From positions 459 through 64,458 of the forward strand of contig JAGNUG010000006.1 in assembly GCA_017987115.1 (NCBI GenBank): 64,000 nt of DNA, written 5' to 3'. Both the position numbers and the translations under genes were made by a program. The notes below the pieces were generated by a model. The model worked only from the letters and a program-made list of their open reading frames with translations, was not told the DNA's origin and ran no database searches. Each line of letters begins with the position of its first letter. Position 1 is the stretch's first letter. Positions 29,260-38,459 of the stretch are shown here, in pieces. Source of the DNA: Flavobacteriales bacterium (GTDB lineage: Bacteria > Bacteroidota > Bacteroidia > Flavobacteriales_F > PHOS-HE28).

Positions 29260-29267
29260 CAAATATA
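29260..29267 (-). promoter_or_regulatory. Putative -7 box (TATATTTG) for tRNA-Gly
   Basis: TAnnTTTG match about 40 nt upstream of the tRNA 5' end, followed by GCAGCCC as at the rpsL promoter. Confidence 0.45.
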
Positions 29268-29287
29268 GCATGTCTTTTTATTTCCGA

Positions 29288-31942
29288 TCACACCTTGCTC
29301 AACTTTGACTTCTTCGGATGGACCAATCGCTTGATCTCATTCAACTTTAGCAACGCCTCTACCGGTGTAAGCGTGTCAATATCAAGACTTGTGATCTCAT
29401 CCCTGATCCTTTCCAGAGCGGGATCATCCAGCTGAAAAATGCTCAATTGCAGCTCTCGGCCCATTCCTTCTATATCCTTTGGAACAACGTGTGGGCCGAT
29501 CCGCACATCATTCTCACCTAAATTTCCAGCATGGCTTTTCTCCAAATGTGACAATACTTTCTTAGCACGGAGAATTACCCTTTTCGGCATGCCGGCCATC
29601 TCGGCAACATGGATCCCAAAGCTCCTGTCGCTGCCTCCCGGCTCCAATGTTCGTAGGAACAGCACTTTTCCATCGACCTCGCGCACCGCAACATTGGCAT
29701 TGCGGATCCTTGGGAATGACGCGGCCATTTCATTCAACTCGTGATAATGCGTTGCGAAAAGCGTTTTCGGACGACCTACGTCCTCATGTAAGAATTCGGC
29801 AATAGCCCAAGCAATGGAAATACCATCATAGGTGCTTGTACCCCGGCCGATCTCATCCAAAAGGACCAAGGACCTATCGCTCAAATTATTGAGAATACTT
29901 GCCGTTTCGTTCATTTCCACCATGAACGTACTCTCTCCGGTCGATAGATTGTCACTGGCACCAACGCGCGTGAAGACACGATCAATGATGCCCATTTCCG
30001 CAACTTCCGCAGGAACATAGCTCCCGACTTGTGCCATTAGTACGGTCAAAGCTGTTTGCCGCAACAAGGCCGATTTACCACTCATATTAGGACCGGTTAT
30101 CACCACCATTTGTTGGTCGTTCGGGTCCAAGAGCACAGTATTGGCGACATACGGAACCCCAGGAGCCAATTGTTGTTCGATCACGGGATGTCTACCGCCG
30201 GTTATGTTCAAGACCTTGCCATCGTTGAAAACTGGCCTGTTATAGCGATAAGCAATAGCATTCAACGCAAATGCGCGCAGCACATCCAACGTTGCCAAGC
30301 CTGCTGCGACGGTCCGTATTTTCCCAACGACCAGTATGATCTCATCGATCAAACCTCCGTAGATCTCTGCCTCCAATGCCAATATGCGCTCCTCTGCTCC
30401 TAGAATGCGCTCCTCCAAGCTCTTCAGTTCGTCCGTTATGTAACGTTCGGCACCTACAAGTGTTTGCTTCCGGACCCATTCCGGTGGTACTTTATCCCGA
30501 TGTGCATGACGCACTTCCAGATAATAACCGAACACGTTATTGAAACCCACCTTTAGCGAGGTGATGCCGGAACGCTCGCTTTCGCGCCGTTGCACGTCCA
30601 ACAGCAGCTCCTTGGCATGAATACTGGTATGGCGTAATGTATCCAACTCCTTGTTCACACCTTCCCGCACTACCCCACCTTTATTCAATGTGACCGGCGC
30701 GGATAATTCAATAATGCTTGCGATGCGTTCCGCTATTGCCAATGGCGGATCTATCGTCTTAGCCGCGATCAATAATGCACCTTTCTCTTTGGCTAACCGC
30801 TGCCGGATCTTTTCAGCGGCGTCCAAGGCGTTGCGCATCTGCAACGCTTCCCTTGGGTTTATGCGCCCAGCAGCTGCCTTGCCGGCAAGTCGCTCCAGAT
30901 CACTGATCCGATCCAGCTCAGTACCGATCTCGTCGCTTAGACCTCCACCCTCGGCAAATGCCTGAACACGATCCAAGCGCTGCTCAATCTCAGTTCGATT
31001 CAACAAAGGCAGCAGGATCCACCGTTTCAGCAAGCGCGACCCCATTGGTGTAACACACGTATCCATTGACTGGAACAACGTCCGGGCACCTTCGTTCACG
31101 GGTGTTATCAGTTCCAGATTGCGAACCGTGAAGCGGTCCAACCCTAAGTGAGCTTCTGGCCGTATCCATGCTATCCGGTCGATGTGGGATACTCGTTCAT
31201 GGCGTGTTTCTCCTAAGTAATGGAGTACTGCACCAGCAGCACGTTGTCCTAGATTCAGTTCTTCGATACCAAAGCCCTTCAAGCTGGTCGTACTGAATTG
31301 TCGCAACAAACGTTCTCGCGCGAATTCATCCGTAAACGCCCAATCGTCAAGCGGAAAGGTTTTTCCCTGTGCGATACATGCTGAGATCATCGGATCTTTC
31401 CCACCCTTTGGAACAAGTAATTCGCTTGGTCCATGGCCATCGAGCAACTTCTTCACTTGTTCCGCATCATCTTCAGCCACAAGGAATTCGCCCGTAGTAA
31501 CATCCAAGAATGCCACACCATAACGATCATCTTTCCCGCAAATAGCTGCCAGCCAATTGTTACTGCGCTGATCCACCAGATCATCGCTGAATGAAACACC
31601 GGGTGTGACCACTTCAGTGACCCCGCGTTTCACAATGGTCTTCGTCGTTTTCGGATCCTCCAACTGGTCGCAGATCGCTACTCGGTAACCGCCACGAACC
31701 AGCTTTGGCAAGTAATTATCCAGACTATGATGCGGAAAGCCAGCCAATTCCATTTCTGAATTGCCGCCGTTATTCCGCTTTGTCAGCGTGATACCGAGTA
31801 CGCGTGCAGCGATGACCGCATCGCTCCCGAACGTCTCGTAGAAATCGCCAACCCTGAACAGCAATATGGCATCCGGATATTTCGCTTTGATGCCGTTGAA
31901 TTGCGTCATCAATGGGGTTTCCGACTTTATTACTTTGGCCAT
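29288..31942 (-). CDS. mutS: DNA mismatch repair protein MutS
   Basis: 884 aa with N-terminal mismatch-binding GDFYETF, Walker A GPNMSGKS and STFMVEM. Confidence 0.98.
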   Translation of the reverse strand: MAKVIKSETPLMTQFNGIKAKYPDAILLFRVGDFYETFGSDAVIAARVLGITLTKRNNGGNSEMELAGFPHHSLDNYLPKLVRGGYRVAICDQLEDPKTTKTIVKRGVTEVVTPGVSFSDDLVDQRSNNWLAAICGKDDRYGVAFLDVTTGEFLVAEDDAEQVKKLLDGHGPSELLVPKGGKDPMISACIAQGKTFPLDDWAFTDEFARERLLRQFSTTSLKGFGIEELNLGQRAAGAVLHYLGETRHERVSHIDRIAWIRPEAHLGLDRFTVRNLELITPVNEGARTLFQSMDTCVTPMGSRLLKRWILLPLLNRTEIEQRLDRVQAFAEGGGLSDEIGTELDRISDLERLAGKAAAGRINPREALQMRNALDAAEKIRQRLAKEKGALLIAAKTIDPPLAIAERIASIIELSAPVTLNKGGVVREGVNKELDTLRHTSIHAKELLLDVQRRESERSGITSLKVGFNNVFGYYLEVRHAHRDKVPPEWVRKQTLVGAERYITDELKSLEERILGAEERILALEAEIYGGLIDEIILVVGKIRTVAAGLATLDVLRAFALNAIAYRYNRPVFNDGKVLNITGGRHPVIEQQLAPGVPYVANTVLLDPNDQQMVVITGPNMSGKSALLRQTALTVLMAQVGSYVPAEVAEMGIIDRVFTRVGASDNLSTGESTFMVEMNETASILNNLSDRSLVLLDEIGRGTSTYDGISIAWAIAEFLHEDVGRPKTLFATHYHELNEMAASFPRIRNANVAVREVDGKVLFLRTLEPGGSDRSFGIHVAEMAGMPKRVILRAKKVLSHLEKSHAGNLGENDVRIGPHVVPKDIEGMGRELQLSIFQLDDPALERIRDEITSLDIDTLTPVEALLKLNEIKRLVHPKKSKLSKV

Positions 31943-32101
31943 GTTGTACAGATCATGCTCCGTCCGAACGAAGAAAAACTATTTTCGCCTACCGTTTTGG
32001 GCAGCTCTCCGATCGGGTTGAAGTAAGCCGGAAAGGTACTGCCAATGCTACGTGTTTTTACGTTCCATCAAATTCTACTTTTCACTTTTTCCCAACAGAT
32101 C

Positions 32102-32635
32102 ATGCCATCCGAAGATCGAAAGCTTACTATGGAAGAATTGGACCGACCAGCTCCAACAGTGAATTTCTCCGCTCCAAAACGGCCCCTGATCGTATTACTG
32201 GATGATGTTCGCAGCAGGCATAATGTCGGTTCAGTGTTCCGAACAGCGGATTCATTCGGTGCTGAGCGCGTTATACTCTGCGGCTATACGCCTCAGCCAC
32301 CGCATCGCGAGATCGAGAAAACCGCGTTAGGTGCCACTGACTCCGTGCCATGGGAACACGCACCGAATGCAAGAATCGCCATTCAAAACCTTCAAAACCA
32401 AGGCTATACCGTCTGGTCTGTGGAGCAGACACTCAACGCAACCTCTTTGAACGAGATCAAAAGCGCACCTACACCAACAGCAGTCGTATTCGGAAATGAG
32501 TTGAATGGTGTTTCTGATGATGTGATCCAGGTGTGTGATGGTTGTTTGATGATCCCACAGCATGGTAGTAAACACTCTCTTAATGTCTCCGTGTGTGCCG
32601 GGATCGTTCTTTGGTGGATGAGTTCACTTCGTTGA
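32102..32635 (+). CDS. SpoU/TrmH-family RNA 2'-O-methyltransferase
   Basis: SPOUT motifs HNVGSVFRTADSFG, VVFGNELNGVS and SLNVSVCAGIVL. ATG at 32102 is preferred over the track start. Confidence 0.85.
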   Translation: MPSEDRKLTMEELDRPAPTVNFSAPKRPLIVLLDDVRSRHNVGSVFRTADSFGAERVILCGYTPQPPHREIEKTALGATDSVPWEHAPNARIAIQNLQNQGYTVWSVEQTLNATSLNEIKSAPTPTAVVFGNELNGVSDDVIQVCDGCLMIPQHGSKHSLNVSVCAGIVLWWMSSLR

Positions 32636-32815
32636 TCTCGGACCCAGATCCTAATTCACGGTCAGATCCACGCATCATTTTTGTCACTGTTTGCGGGCAA
32701 TAATGACCATTTGGGCAAAATATTTGAAACCCTTTATCCAACCTTTCGTATTTTCGCAGGATACGATGTTGGGATTTCTTTCAAGTGAAGTTGTTGTTGC
32801 CTAACAGAAACCGTC

Positions 32816-32823
32816 TATATTTG
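32816..32823 (+). promoter_or_regulatory. Putative -7 box (TATATTTG)
   Basis: TAnnTTTG match 21 nt before the ATG at 32845, with TTG triplets 17-22 nt upstream. Confidence 0.45.
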
Positions 32824-32844
32824 GCTGCGTCCGGACCGGCAACC

Positions 32845-33810
32845 ATGAACCGATCGTTAAAACGAAGTACTCTTCTTATAGTCCTGGTCGGGTGCTTTGT
32901 CACTGGGCCGGTATTCGGACAGTACTTCCGTCAATCCAGCTATTGGAAATCACACCGTCAGGAGATCTCCGGAGGTTTTGGAATTGCCAATTTTCTAGGC
33001 GAATTAGGTGGAAGGAATGAGATCGGGTCACCGTTTGTTTGGGATCTCGAGTTCAGCCAGACACGACCCGCTGTCAGCTTGGCCTATCGTTATTTCCTGG
33101 CGCGTAAAATGGCATTGCGAACGACGTTGGGTTATGGGATACTGGCTGGCAATGACAATTTGACCACTGAACTCTTCCGGAACAATCGTAATTTGAATTT
33201 CAAGACCGACCTGTTCGAGTTAAGCGTTGCCTTGGAATTCCACTTGTTCAGCGAAGAACTTGGCCATGTTTATGACCTTAGAGGTGTGAAAGGCACGAAA
33301 TCCTCTCGTGTTGGATTCTATGCATTCCTTGGTGTTGGCGGTATCTATTTTGACCCTAAGGCTCAGTTCAATAATGCGTGGGTCAAACTTCGTCCACTTG
33401 GTACTGAAGGCCAAGGTTTGCCAGGTGGTGCCGATCCGTATTCCAATTTCTCTGTGTCGATTCCAATGGGTATTGGACTGCGTAAGGCACTAAGCCGATC
33501 CTGGAGTTACGGTTTGGAATTACAATATTCCAAGACGTTCACGGATTATATTGATGACGTAAGTACTAACTATTATGATAACGCCGCGCTTGCCGCAGCA
33601 TACGGCCCTGAGGCTGCCTATTTAGCAGACCCAAGTTTGGGTAACGACGGGTTGGAATATGCTACAGCAGCAGGTCAGCAGCGAGGTGACCCTGATGATC
33701 TGGATGCATTCTTATTCTTTAAGCTGGAGGTCCACTATAAGATCTATAAATACAAGAGCAAGTCCAAAAAATACAGGTTCCGCCTGCGGAGACAGAAGAT
33801 CGTATTCTGA
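32845..33810 (+). CDS. Outer-membrane beta-barrel protein (porin-family-like, function unknown)
   Basis: The signal peptide is MNRSLKRSTLLIVLVGCFVTGPVFGQ. The sequence shows alternating amphipathic beta-strand patterns with aromatic residues (SLAYRYF, LEFHLF, GLELQYS). Confidence 0.6.
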   Translation: MNRSLKRSTLLIVLVGCFVTGPVFGQYFRQSSYWKSHRQEISGGFGIANFLGELGGRNEIGSPFVWDLEFSQTRPAVSLAYRYFLARKMALRTTLGYGILAGNDNLTTELFRNNRNLNFKTDLFELSVALEFHLFSEELGHVYDLRGVKGTKSSRVGFYAFLGVGGIYFDPKAQFNNAWVKLRPLGTEGQGLPGGADPYSNFSVSIPMGIGLRKALSRSWSYGLELQYSKTFTDYIDDVSTNYYDNAALAAAYGPEAAYLADPSLGNDGLEYATAAGQQRGDPDDLDAFLFFKLEVHYKIYKYKSKSKKYRFRLRRQKIVF

Positions 33811-33833
33811 TCATGTGCGCTTAGAATTTCAAA

Positions 33834-33862
33834 GGCCCTGCTTCGGTGGGGTCTTTTTTTTT
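33834..33862 (+). terminator. Probable rho-independent terminator
   Basis: The CCCTGC-TTCG-GTGGGG hairpin (with G-U pairs) is followed by T9, 24 nt after the stop at 33810. Confidence 0.55.
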
Positions 33863-34245
33863 GGGGGGGAGTGACTCGTCTTTGATCAGGTCGATTCAAT
33901 ATTGAAATGGAAACGTCAACGCGACCAATTCGGCAGGTTGCAGCTAATACGATCATCAGGATCGAACAAATTGAGGAATGCAATACATCGAACGTACGCA
34001 AAACCTTTAGAGATCTCAACTAATTCAGGATCTCCGTAACGGTGCTTTCTTGTGAACGAGTGATCTAAGATCGCCAAGCAATTTGCTGCACGGATCCAGA
34101 GCAGTGTGTCGTCCTGAAATAGGTTGACCCTTTTTGTAAAGTTAATTGTCTAAGAAAGGAGTAGAGGCCGCTGGGTCTTTACTCCTTTCTTTTTCCATGT
34201 TCTCATTCTTATTTCTTGTTGGTTGTGCATTTGTATTGGTGTGAG

Positions 34246-35034
34246 TTAATGACAGCTCAAATGCGGCCTTAACGCATTGTAGGCTTCAACACTTTGGTCT
34301 GCCAACTGTTGCGCCTGTTTCATGCTATCCAAGCGGTCTCCCAGTCCGAATTCCTCCTTGAGCATGCCATTGATCCGCTCTGCAATTGCGTTCTCATACG
34401 GATCACTATTTTCGGTCATACTTACTCCGACCCCATGGTTCTTCAGATGCTCAGTGTAGACCCTGCTACAATATTGAAGCCCTCTGTCGGAGTGATGGAT
34501 CAGTTCACTTTTTGGGTATTTCCGATTTCTGATGGCCATCTTCAAGGCTTTCAGAGTTGAAGCCGCCTCCATGTTATTGCACAACTGGTACCCCATCACC
34601 TTTTTAGAATAGGCATCCGTTATCAGATGTAGGTACATGGTGCCTTCCAGCGTATCCAGATAGGTGATATCGGCAACCCACATCTGTTCTGGGCGGTGAA
34701 CATTAAGGCTCTTTGCCAAGTTGGGGTATTTGCGCATCCAGTGTCTGGAATTGGTGGTCACCGTATATTTCTTGCGCTTTACGATCAATAGACCATCTGC
34801 TCTGAGTAGATCAAAAAGTGTGTCGCGGCCTATTGTCACGCCTTGGCTGTTCAATATGAATTTCAGCTTACGAGTGCCCGTTCTGGGTAACTGCCTGCGT
34901 ACCGTAAGCACGGCCTGCTTCGCCTGTGCATAGCCCGCTCTACGGTATTCTGTGGCACACTGTGCTTTGTAATATGCTTGTTTGCTGTAGCCGAACAATC
35001 GGCAGAACATACGCACCTTTCGGGGGTGTTCCAC
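34246..35034 (-). CDS. IS3-family transposase OrfB (DDE integrase core), expressed as an OrfAB fusion by -1 frameshift
   Basis: DDE context WVADITY, HSDRGLQY and NAIAERINGMLKEE. The reading frame is open in the -1 frame back to the slippery heptamer at 35064-35070. Confidence 0.85.
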   Translation of the reverse strand: MEHPRKVRMFCRLFGYSKQAYYKAQCATEYRRAGYAQAKQAVLTVRRQLPRTGTRKLKFILNSQGVTIGRDTLFDLLRADGLLIVKRKKYTVTTNSRHWMRKYPNLAKSLNVHRPEQMWVADITYLDTLEGTMYLHLITDAYSKKVMGYQLCNNMEAASTLKALKMAIRNRKYPKSELIHHSDRGLQYCSRVYTEHLKNHGVGVSMTENSDPYENAIAERINGMLKEEFGLGDRLDSMKQAQQLADQSVEAYNALRPHLSCH

Positions 35035-35045
35035 CGCAAGCGATC

Positions 35046-35408
35046 TTATCGCTGGGCTGCGCCCTTTTTTACGATACTGATGCCTGCTTCTTGTTCGTAA
35101 ATGGCTATCAACTTCTTATAGGCCAGAATCTTAAGCTTCTCTTCTGCCAGCTCCTTTTCTAGTTCCTTAATGCGCTTTTTCTGGGGGTCTTTCATCGGTC
35201 GACCTTGCTGACCCTTCTGGGGATAGTGCAACTTACCGAATTTTCTGCACCAGGTCAGAACACGCGAGTTGCCACCTATCCCATACTTCTGCTGTATCGC
35301 GTCTTTGTTCAATGGCCCCCGTTCAAATTCTGCAACTACCATTCGTTTGAATGCATCACTGTACTTTCTTGAGGGGACCGATCTTCCTTTTTCTTCTGCT
35401 TTTTCCAT
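35046..35408 (-). CDS. IS3-family transposase OrfA (HTH)
   Basis: MEKAEEKGRS... with a helix-turn-helix-like region and a leucine-zipper-like KELEKELAEEKLKILAYKKL. It ends just after the slippery site. Confidence 0.85.
   Translation of the reverse strand: MEKAEEKGRSVPSRKYSDAFKRMVVAEFERGPLNKDAIQQKYGIGGNSRVLTWCRKFGKLHYPQKGQQGRPMKDPQKKRIKELEKELAEEKLKILAYKKLIAIYEQEAGISIVKKGAAQR
35064..35070 (-). other. Programmed -1 ribosomal frameshift heptamer A_AAA_AAG
   Basis: In the orfA frame the sequence reads GTA AAA AAG GGC. This is the classical IS3 slippery motif, and the -1 frame continues into OrfB (..KK GRSPAIRSLAVEHPRKV..). Confidence 0.8.
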
Positions 35409-35454
35409 CTTAAGTTGACTGGTATGGGTCAACTTTTTTCAGGACGAGACAACT

Positions 35455-35489
35455 CATAGAAAAAGCCCTCGCGTTCGGCGAGGGCTTTT
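35455..35489 (-). terminator. Rho-independent terminator of the TPR lipoprotein gene
   Basis: The minus strand reads AAAAGCCCTCGC-CGAAC-GCGAGGGCTTTT followed by TCTATG, 20 nt after the stop at 35509. It abuts the right end of the IS. Confidence 0.75.
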
Positions 35490-35508
35490 CCAGAATTCTA
35501 CTGAACGA

Positions 35509-37230
35509 TCAAAGTCCCAATTGACCTTTGAATTCGCGGAATTCGAGGTCTTTCATTGCCTTGTCACGCAAGCTTGCATCTTTCTGCACTGCCATACCGA
35601 TATGGTTACGCACACCGTCACCATTATTGGTGCGGGCTGCTATGATCGCCGCCAAGTAATGGCCCATTGCGCTATCCTTATCAGAGCTGCCTTCCAATAA
35701 TGCACCGGCCCCTGCAGCGTCTCCACCCAACATTTTTGCCAATGCTGAATTGAATGATTTCTCACCACCCATGTTGCCCACAGCAGCGCTGTAATCACCA
35801 TTCTGAATGTCGATCAGACCTTGGTTGTACTTCACTTCCGGTCCAGCAGCCATTGCTTTCTTGAATAGATCACTTGCCGCCTTGCGATCACCGTTCAAAC
35901 GAGCGACAACGCCAAGGTTATTGGTGCTGTATGGATTCTCCTGAATGCCGTTCGCCTTTTCGAACTGAGTCTTAGCCTCTTCCAACTTATTCTGCATCAT
36001 ATAGATCATACCAACATTGTTCGCTCCGCGGAAATCCGTAGGATGAACACGCTCAGCTTCCTTATAGATCCGTGCCTTCTCATTCAGGTCGGTGGTAAGT
36101 GTTGCCGCGAACAAAAGTTCTTCAACATTCAATGAATCCGGCTGTGTCCGGCTCATCTCCGTAAGCTGCTCATCCGTTTTACCAACGAGGTCGTAGTTCA
36201 ACTTCATTTCACTACGGCGCAGTTGAGGTAGGATCTCATCTGCGATCTCCTTATACGTAGCAGCCATGTTCTTGATCTCAGACTCACGTTTGCTCACATC
36301 AGGATACATCTCCAACACACGCAACACTAGCTCTTTATCCGGAACCGTAGTGCTCGCCTGCATTGCACTCTTGAAACCATCCCAATCCTCTCCACGTGGG
36401 CTCAACGTGTAGAACGAATCAAATTTGGCGGTATCAACCTTGGCACGCTTGAGATCTCCTTTAGCCCAATTCATTGCACTCTTAGCACGGTCATCAGCCA
36501 AGTTCTCATTGAGACTTAGCTCTCCTTCAGGGCTTGCCCAAGCATCAATGGCCATTCCTTTCAATTGAATATTGCCCTTGGCGGCAAACCCTTTGATGAA
36601 AGCAGCCATCGCCTTGATGTCAGCATCTTTCATCTCTGTAGAGCGCACTGAACTTGAATTCACCAAATAATTCAAGGTTGCATCCTGTGAATGGCTAGTG
36701 ATCCGTTGGAATGCATCCTTACCGATCAACACTTTGTCGTCATTCAACATCAAGTACGGAGTGGTAATAACACCATCAGCTAGTTTGAACTTCTCGAATT
36801 GGAGCTCCTTCTTACCCTCTTTTCCTTGCTTACCAAGAATATTTACATAAAGCTCACTCTCTGCCATGCTAGGTGTGAAAGCCACTTTATGCGTGTAGGT
36901 ATAGGCCTTTCCTGTCTCGTAAGGAATTACGGTATTGTTACCAACAGCCTTTTCACCTTGGAAAAAGACGGTCTTATAAGGTGTTTCACCTCCAGTATAG
37001 GTCAATGTCGGAGTAACTTCAGCAAAAGCCTTTTTGTAGAAATATTTCGGCGGGAAATTTCCATTAATGTTGACCTCAACAGAATCCCCTTGAACGATCA
37101 ATGGATCGGGATTTATAGTGTATTTAATAGTAGCCACATTCTTGTTCATTTTCTTGATGCCACCACATCCTGCGAACATCAGAGCAGAGAGAGTCAAGAC
37201 TGACAGGGCCTTTAAGTGCCGCTTTTCCAT
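35509..37230 (-). CDS. TPR-repeat lipoprotein
   Basis: Lipobox LMFAGCGG. The C-terminal half has TPR-like repeats (NNVGMIYMMQNKLEEAKTQFEKA, NLGVVARLNGDRKAASDLFKKA). Confidence 0.7.
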   Translation of the reverse strand: MEKRHLKALSVLTLSALMFAGCGGIKKMNKNVATIKYTINPDPLIVQGDSVEVNINGNFPPKYFYKKAFAEVTPTLTYTGGETPYKTVFFQGEKAVGNNTVIPYETGKAYTYTHKVAFTPSMAESELYVNILGKQGKEGKKELQFEKFKLADGVITTPYLMLNDDKVLIGKDAFQRITSHSQDATLNYLVNSSSVRSTEMKDADIKAMAAFIKGFAAKGNIQLKGMAIDAWASPEGELSLNENLADDRAKSAMNWAKGDLKRAKVDTAKFDSFYTLSPRGEDWDGFKSAMQASTTVPDKELVLRVLEMYPDVSKRESEIKNMAATYKEIADEILPQLRRSEMKLNYDLVGKTDEQLTEMSRTQPDSLNVEELLFAATLTTDLNEKARIYKEAERVHPTDFRGANNVGMIYMMQNKLEEAKTQFEKANGIQENPYSTNNLGVVARLNGDRKAASDLFKKAMAAGPEVKYNQGLIDIQNGDYSAAVGNMGGEKSFNSALAKMLGGDAAGAGALLEGSSDKDSAMGHYLAAIIAARTNNGDGVRNHIGMAVQKDASLRDKAMKDLEFREFKGQLGL

Positions 37231-37332
37231 GAATTCGATCCGTTTTTCGGGTTTTCGAGTGCAAGTATAGATACTTATTCGGCTAACATCGTATTCCTAT
37301 TCTACACAGTTGTTGACAGTGAAACGTTCGGT

Positions 37333-37983
37333 TCATAGTGTTACCACGCCATAACTGGCCGTACGTTGCTCTGAAAGCAATTCGACGAACCGCTCATAGG
37401 CATCGATATCTTTAAGCAAGTCGTGACCTCCTATGTCCACTACTAGCGCACTTTGGGCAGAATATTTCTGCAAATGATCCAAATAATGTTCTTGCAATCG
37501 ATCCAAATAATCGACGCTGATCTGTTGTTCATAACTCCTGCCTCTCGAACGGATCCTTTCACGCACTCGATCCATACTCAAATACAAATAGACCACCAGC
37601 TCCGGTTTGGGTAGGTCCGTGTACATGATACTGTAAAGATCTTTGAACAACGCGGCTTCATCAGCCGGTAATGTAACACTTGCGAATACCAGGGATTTGC
37701 CCAACGAATAATCCGCTACCGTACATTCCGTGAATAGATCTTGTTCGGTAATGCGCTTTAATTGGTGGTACCGTTGGGCCAAGAAGGACAACTCCACGGA
37801 AAATGCGTAACGGTCAGGTTCTTCATAGAAACGCGGTAGGAAAGGGTTATCATCGAATTCCTCCAGAACCGATCGTCCACTAAATTCAATTGCCAAACGC
37901 TTGGCCAAGGTTGTCTTTCCAGCACCGATAAGACCTTCTACGGCAATGTAGGAATATGGAAATGCTGTTCGCTTAACTTCCAT
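37333..37983 (-). CDS. Deoxynucleoside kinase (paralogue 1)
   Basis: P-loop GLIGAGKTTLAKRLA and dNK-family layout (ERS..D..FA). The ATG at 37983 overlaps the folK stop (TAATG). Confidence 0.85.
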   Translation of the reverse strand: MEVKRTAFPYSYIAVEGLIGAGKTTLAKRLAIEFSGRSVLEEFDDNPFLPRFYEEPDRYAFSVELSFLAQRYHQLKRITEQDLFTECTVADYSLGKSLVFASVTLPADEAALFKDLYSIMYTDLPKPELVVYLYLSMDRVRERIRSRGRSYEQQISVDYLDRLQEHYLDHLQKYSAQSALVVDIGGHDLLKDIDAYERFVELLSEQRTASYGVVTL

Positions 37984-38459
37984 TACGTATGGCCAAGCTT
38001 GCTCAGTAACTGAAGTACAGAGGTATGTAACGTCGGATGAATGGCATCCGGACAAATATCCGCAGCAGGTGACAAAGCGAACAAGCGTTCATGCATCCTT
38101 GGGTGTGGGATCAGAAGATCGTGGTCTTCAACAACACGATCTCCGAACAATAGAATATCAATATCCAGTGTTCTTGGTCCATAGCCCGCGCTATCGGACC
38201 GAATACGACCACCTTCATTTTCTATATTCGAACAAATCGCAAGCAATTCGCTCGGGTCCTTATTCGTAAGAATGAGCAACGCCCTGTTCAAGAAAAGCCT
38301 ATCATCCTCAAAACCGACCGGTACGGTCCAATGGTCACGACTTCGCGCGACTATTTTGCCTGCTATTCGCTCAAGTTCTCCTTCAGCTTTTTGAAGGTAT
38401 TCGAGTGGTACACCTACGTTACCCCCGAGTAACAGCAGTACTTCATTCTCAACCAACAT
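37983..38459 (-). CDS. folK: 2-amino-4-hydroxy-6-hydroxymethyldihydropteridine diphosphokinase
   Basis: HPPK motifs GPRTLDIDILLFG and IPHPRMHERLFAL. ATG at 38459 is preferred over the TTG at 38495. Confidence 0.9.
   Translation of the reverse strand: MLVENEVLLLLGGNVGVPLEYLQKAEGELERIAGKIVARSRDHWTVPVGFEDDRLFLNRALLILTNKDPSELLAICSNIENEGGRIRSDSAGYGPRTLDIDILLFGDRVVEDHDLLIPHPRMHERLFALSPAADICPDAIHPTLHTSVLQLLSKLGHT

Larger units (their letters stand above)
34105..35451 (-). mobile_element. IS3-family insertion sequence (1347 bp), apparently intact
   Basis: The terminal inverted repeats are TGTGTCGTCCTGAAATAGGTTGACCC (34105-34130) and the reverse complement of 35426-35451, TGTCTCGTCCTGAAAAAAGTTGACCC (23/26 identical, TG...CA ends). 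Between them lie orfA and orfB with a frameshift site. Confidence 0.9.

Noticed and set aside
33744-34019. 91-aa minus-strand ORF
   Set aside because: It overlaps the 3' end of the OMP gene and runs through its terminator and the T9G7 tract, which is implausible as a gene.
33907-34023. 38-aa ORF (METSTRPIRQVAANTIIRIEQIEECNTSNVRKTFRDLN) in the orphan spacer next to the IS
   Set aside because: It has no promoter box, no hydrophobic or recognisable motif, and no coupling to a neighbour. A chance ORF cannot be excluded.
34101-35455. Searched for 3-4 bp target-site duplication flanking the IS3 element
   Set aside because: The flanks GCAG and ACTC do not match under any end definition I tried. 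The absence is reported as an observation rather than as a duplication feature.
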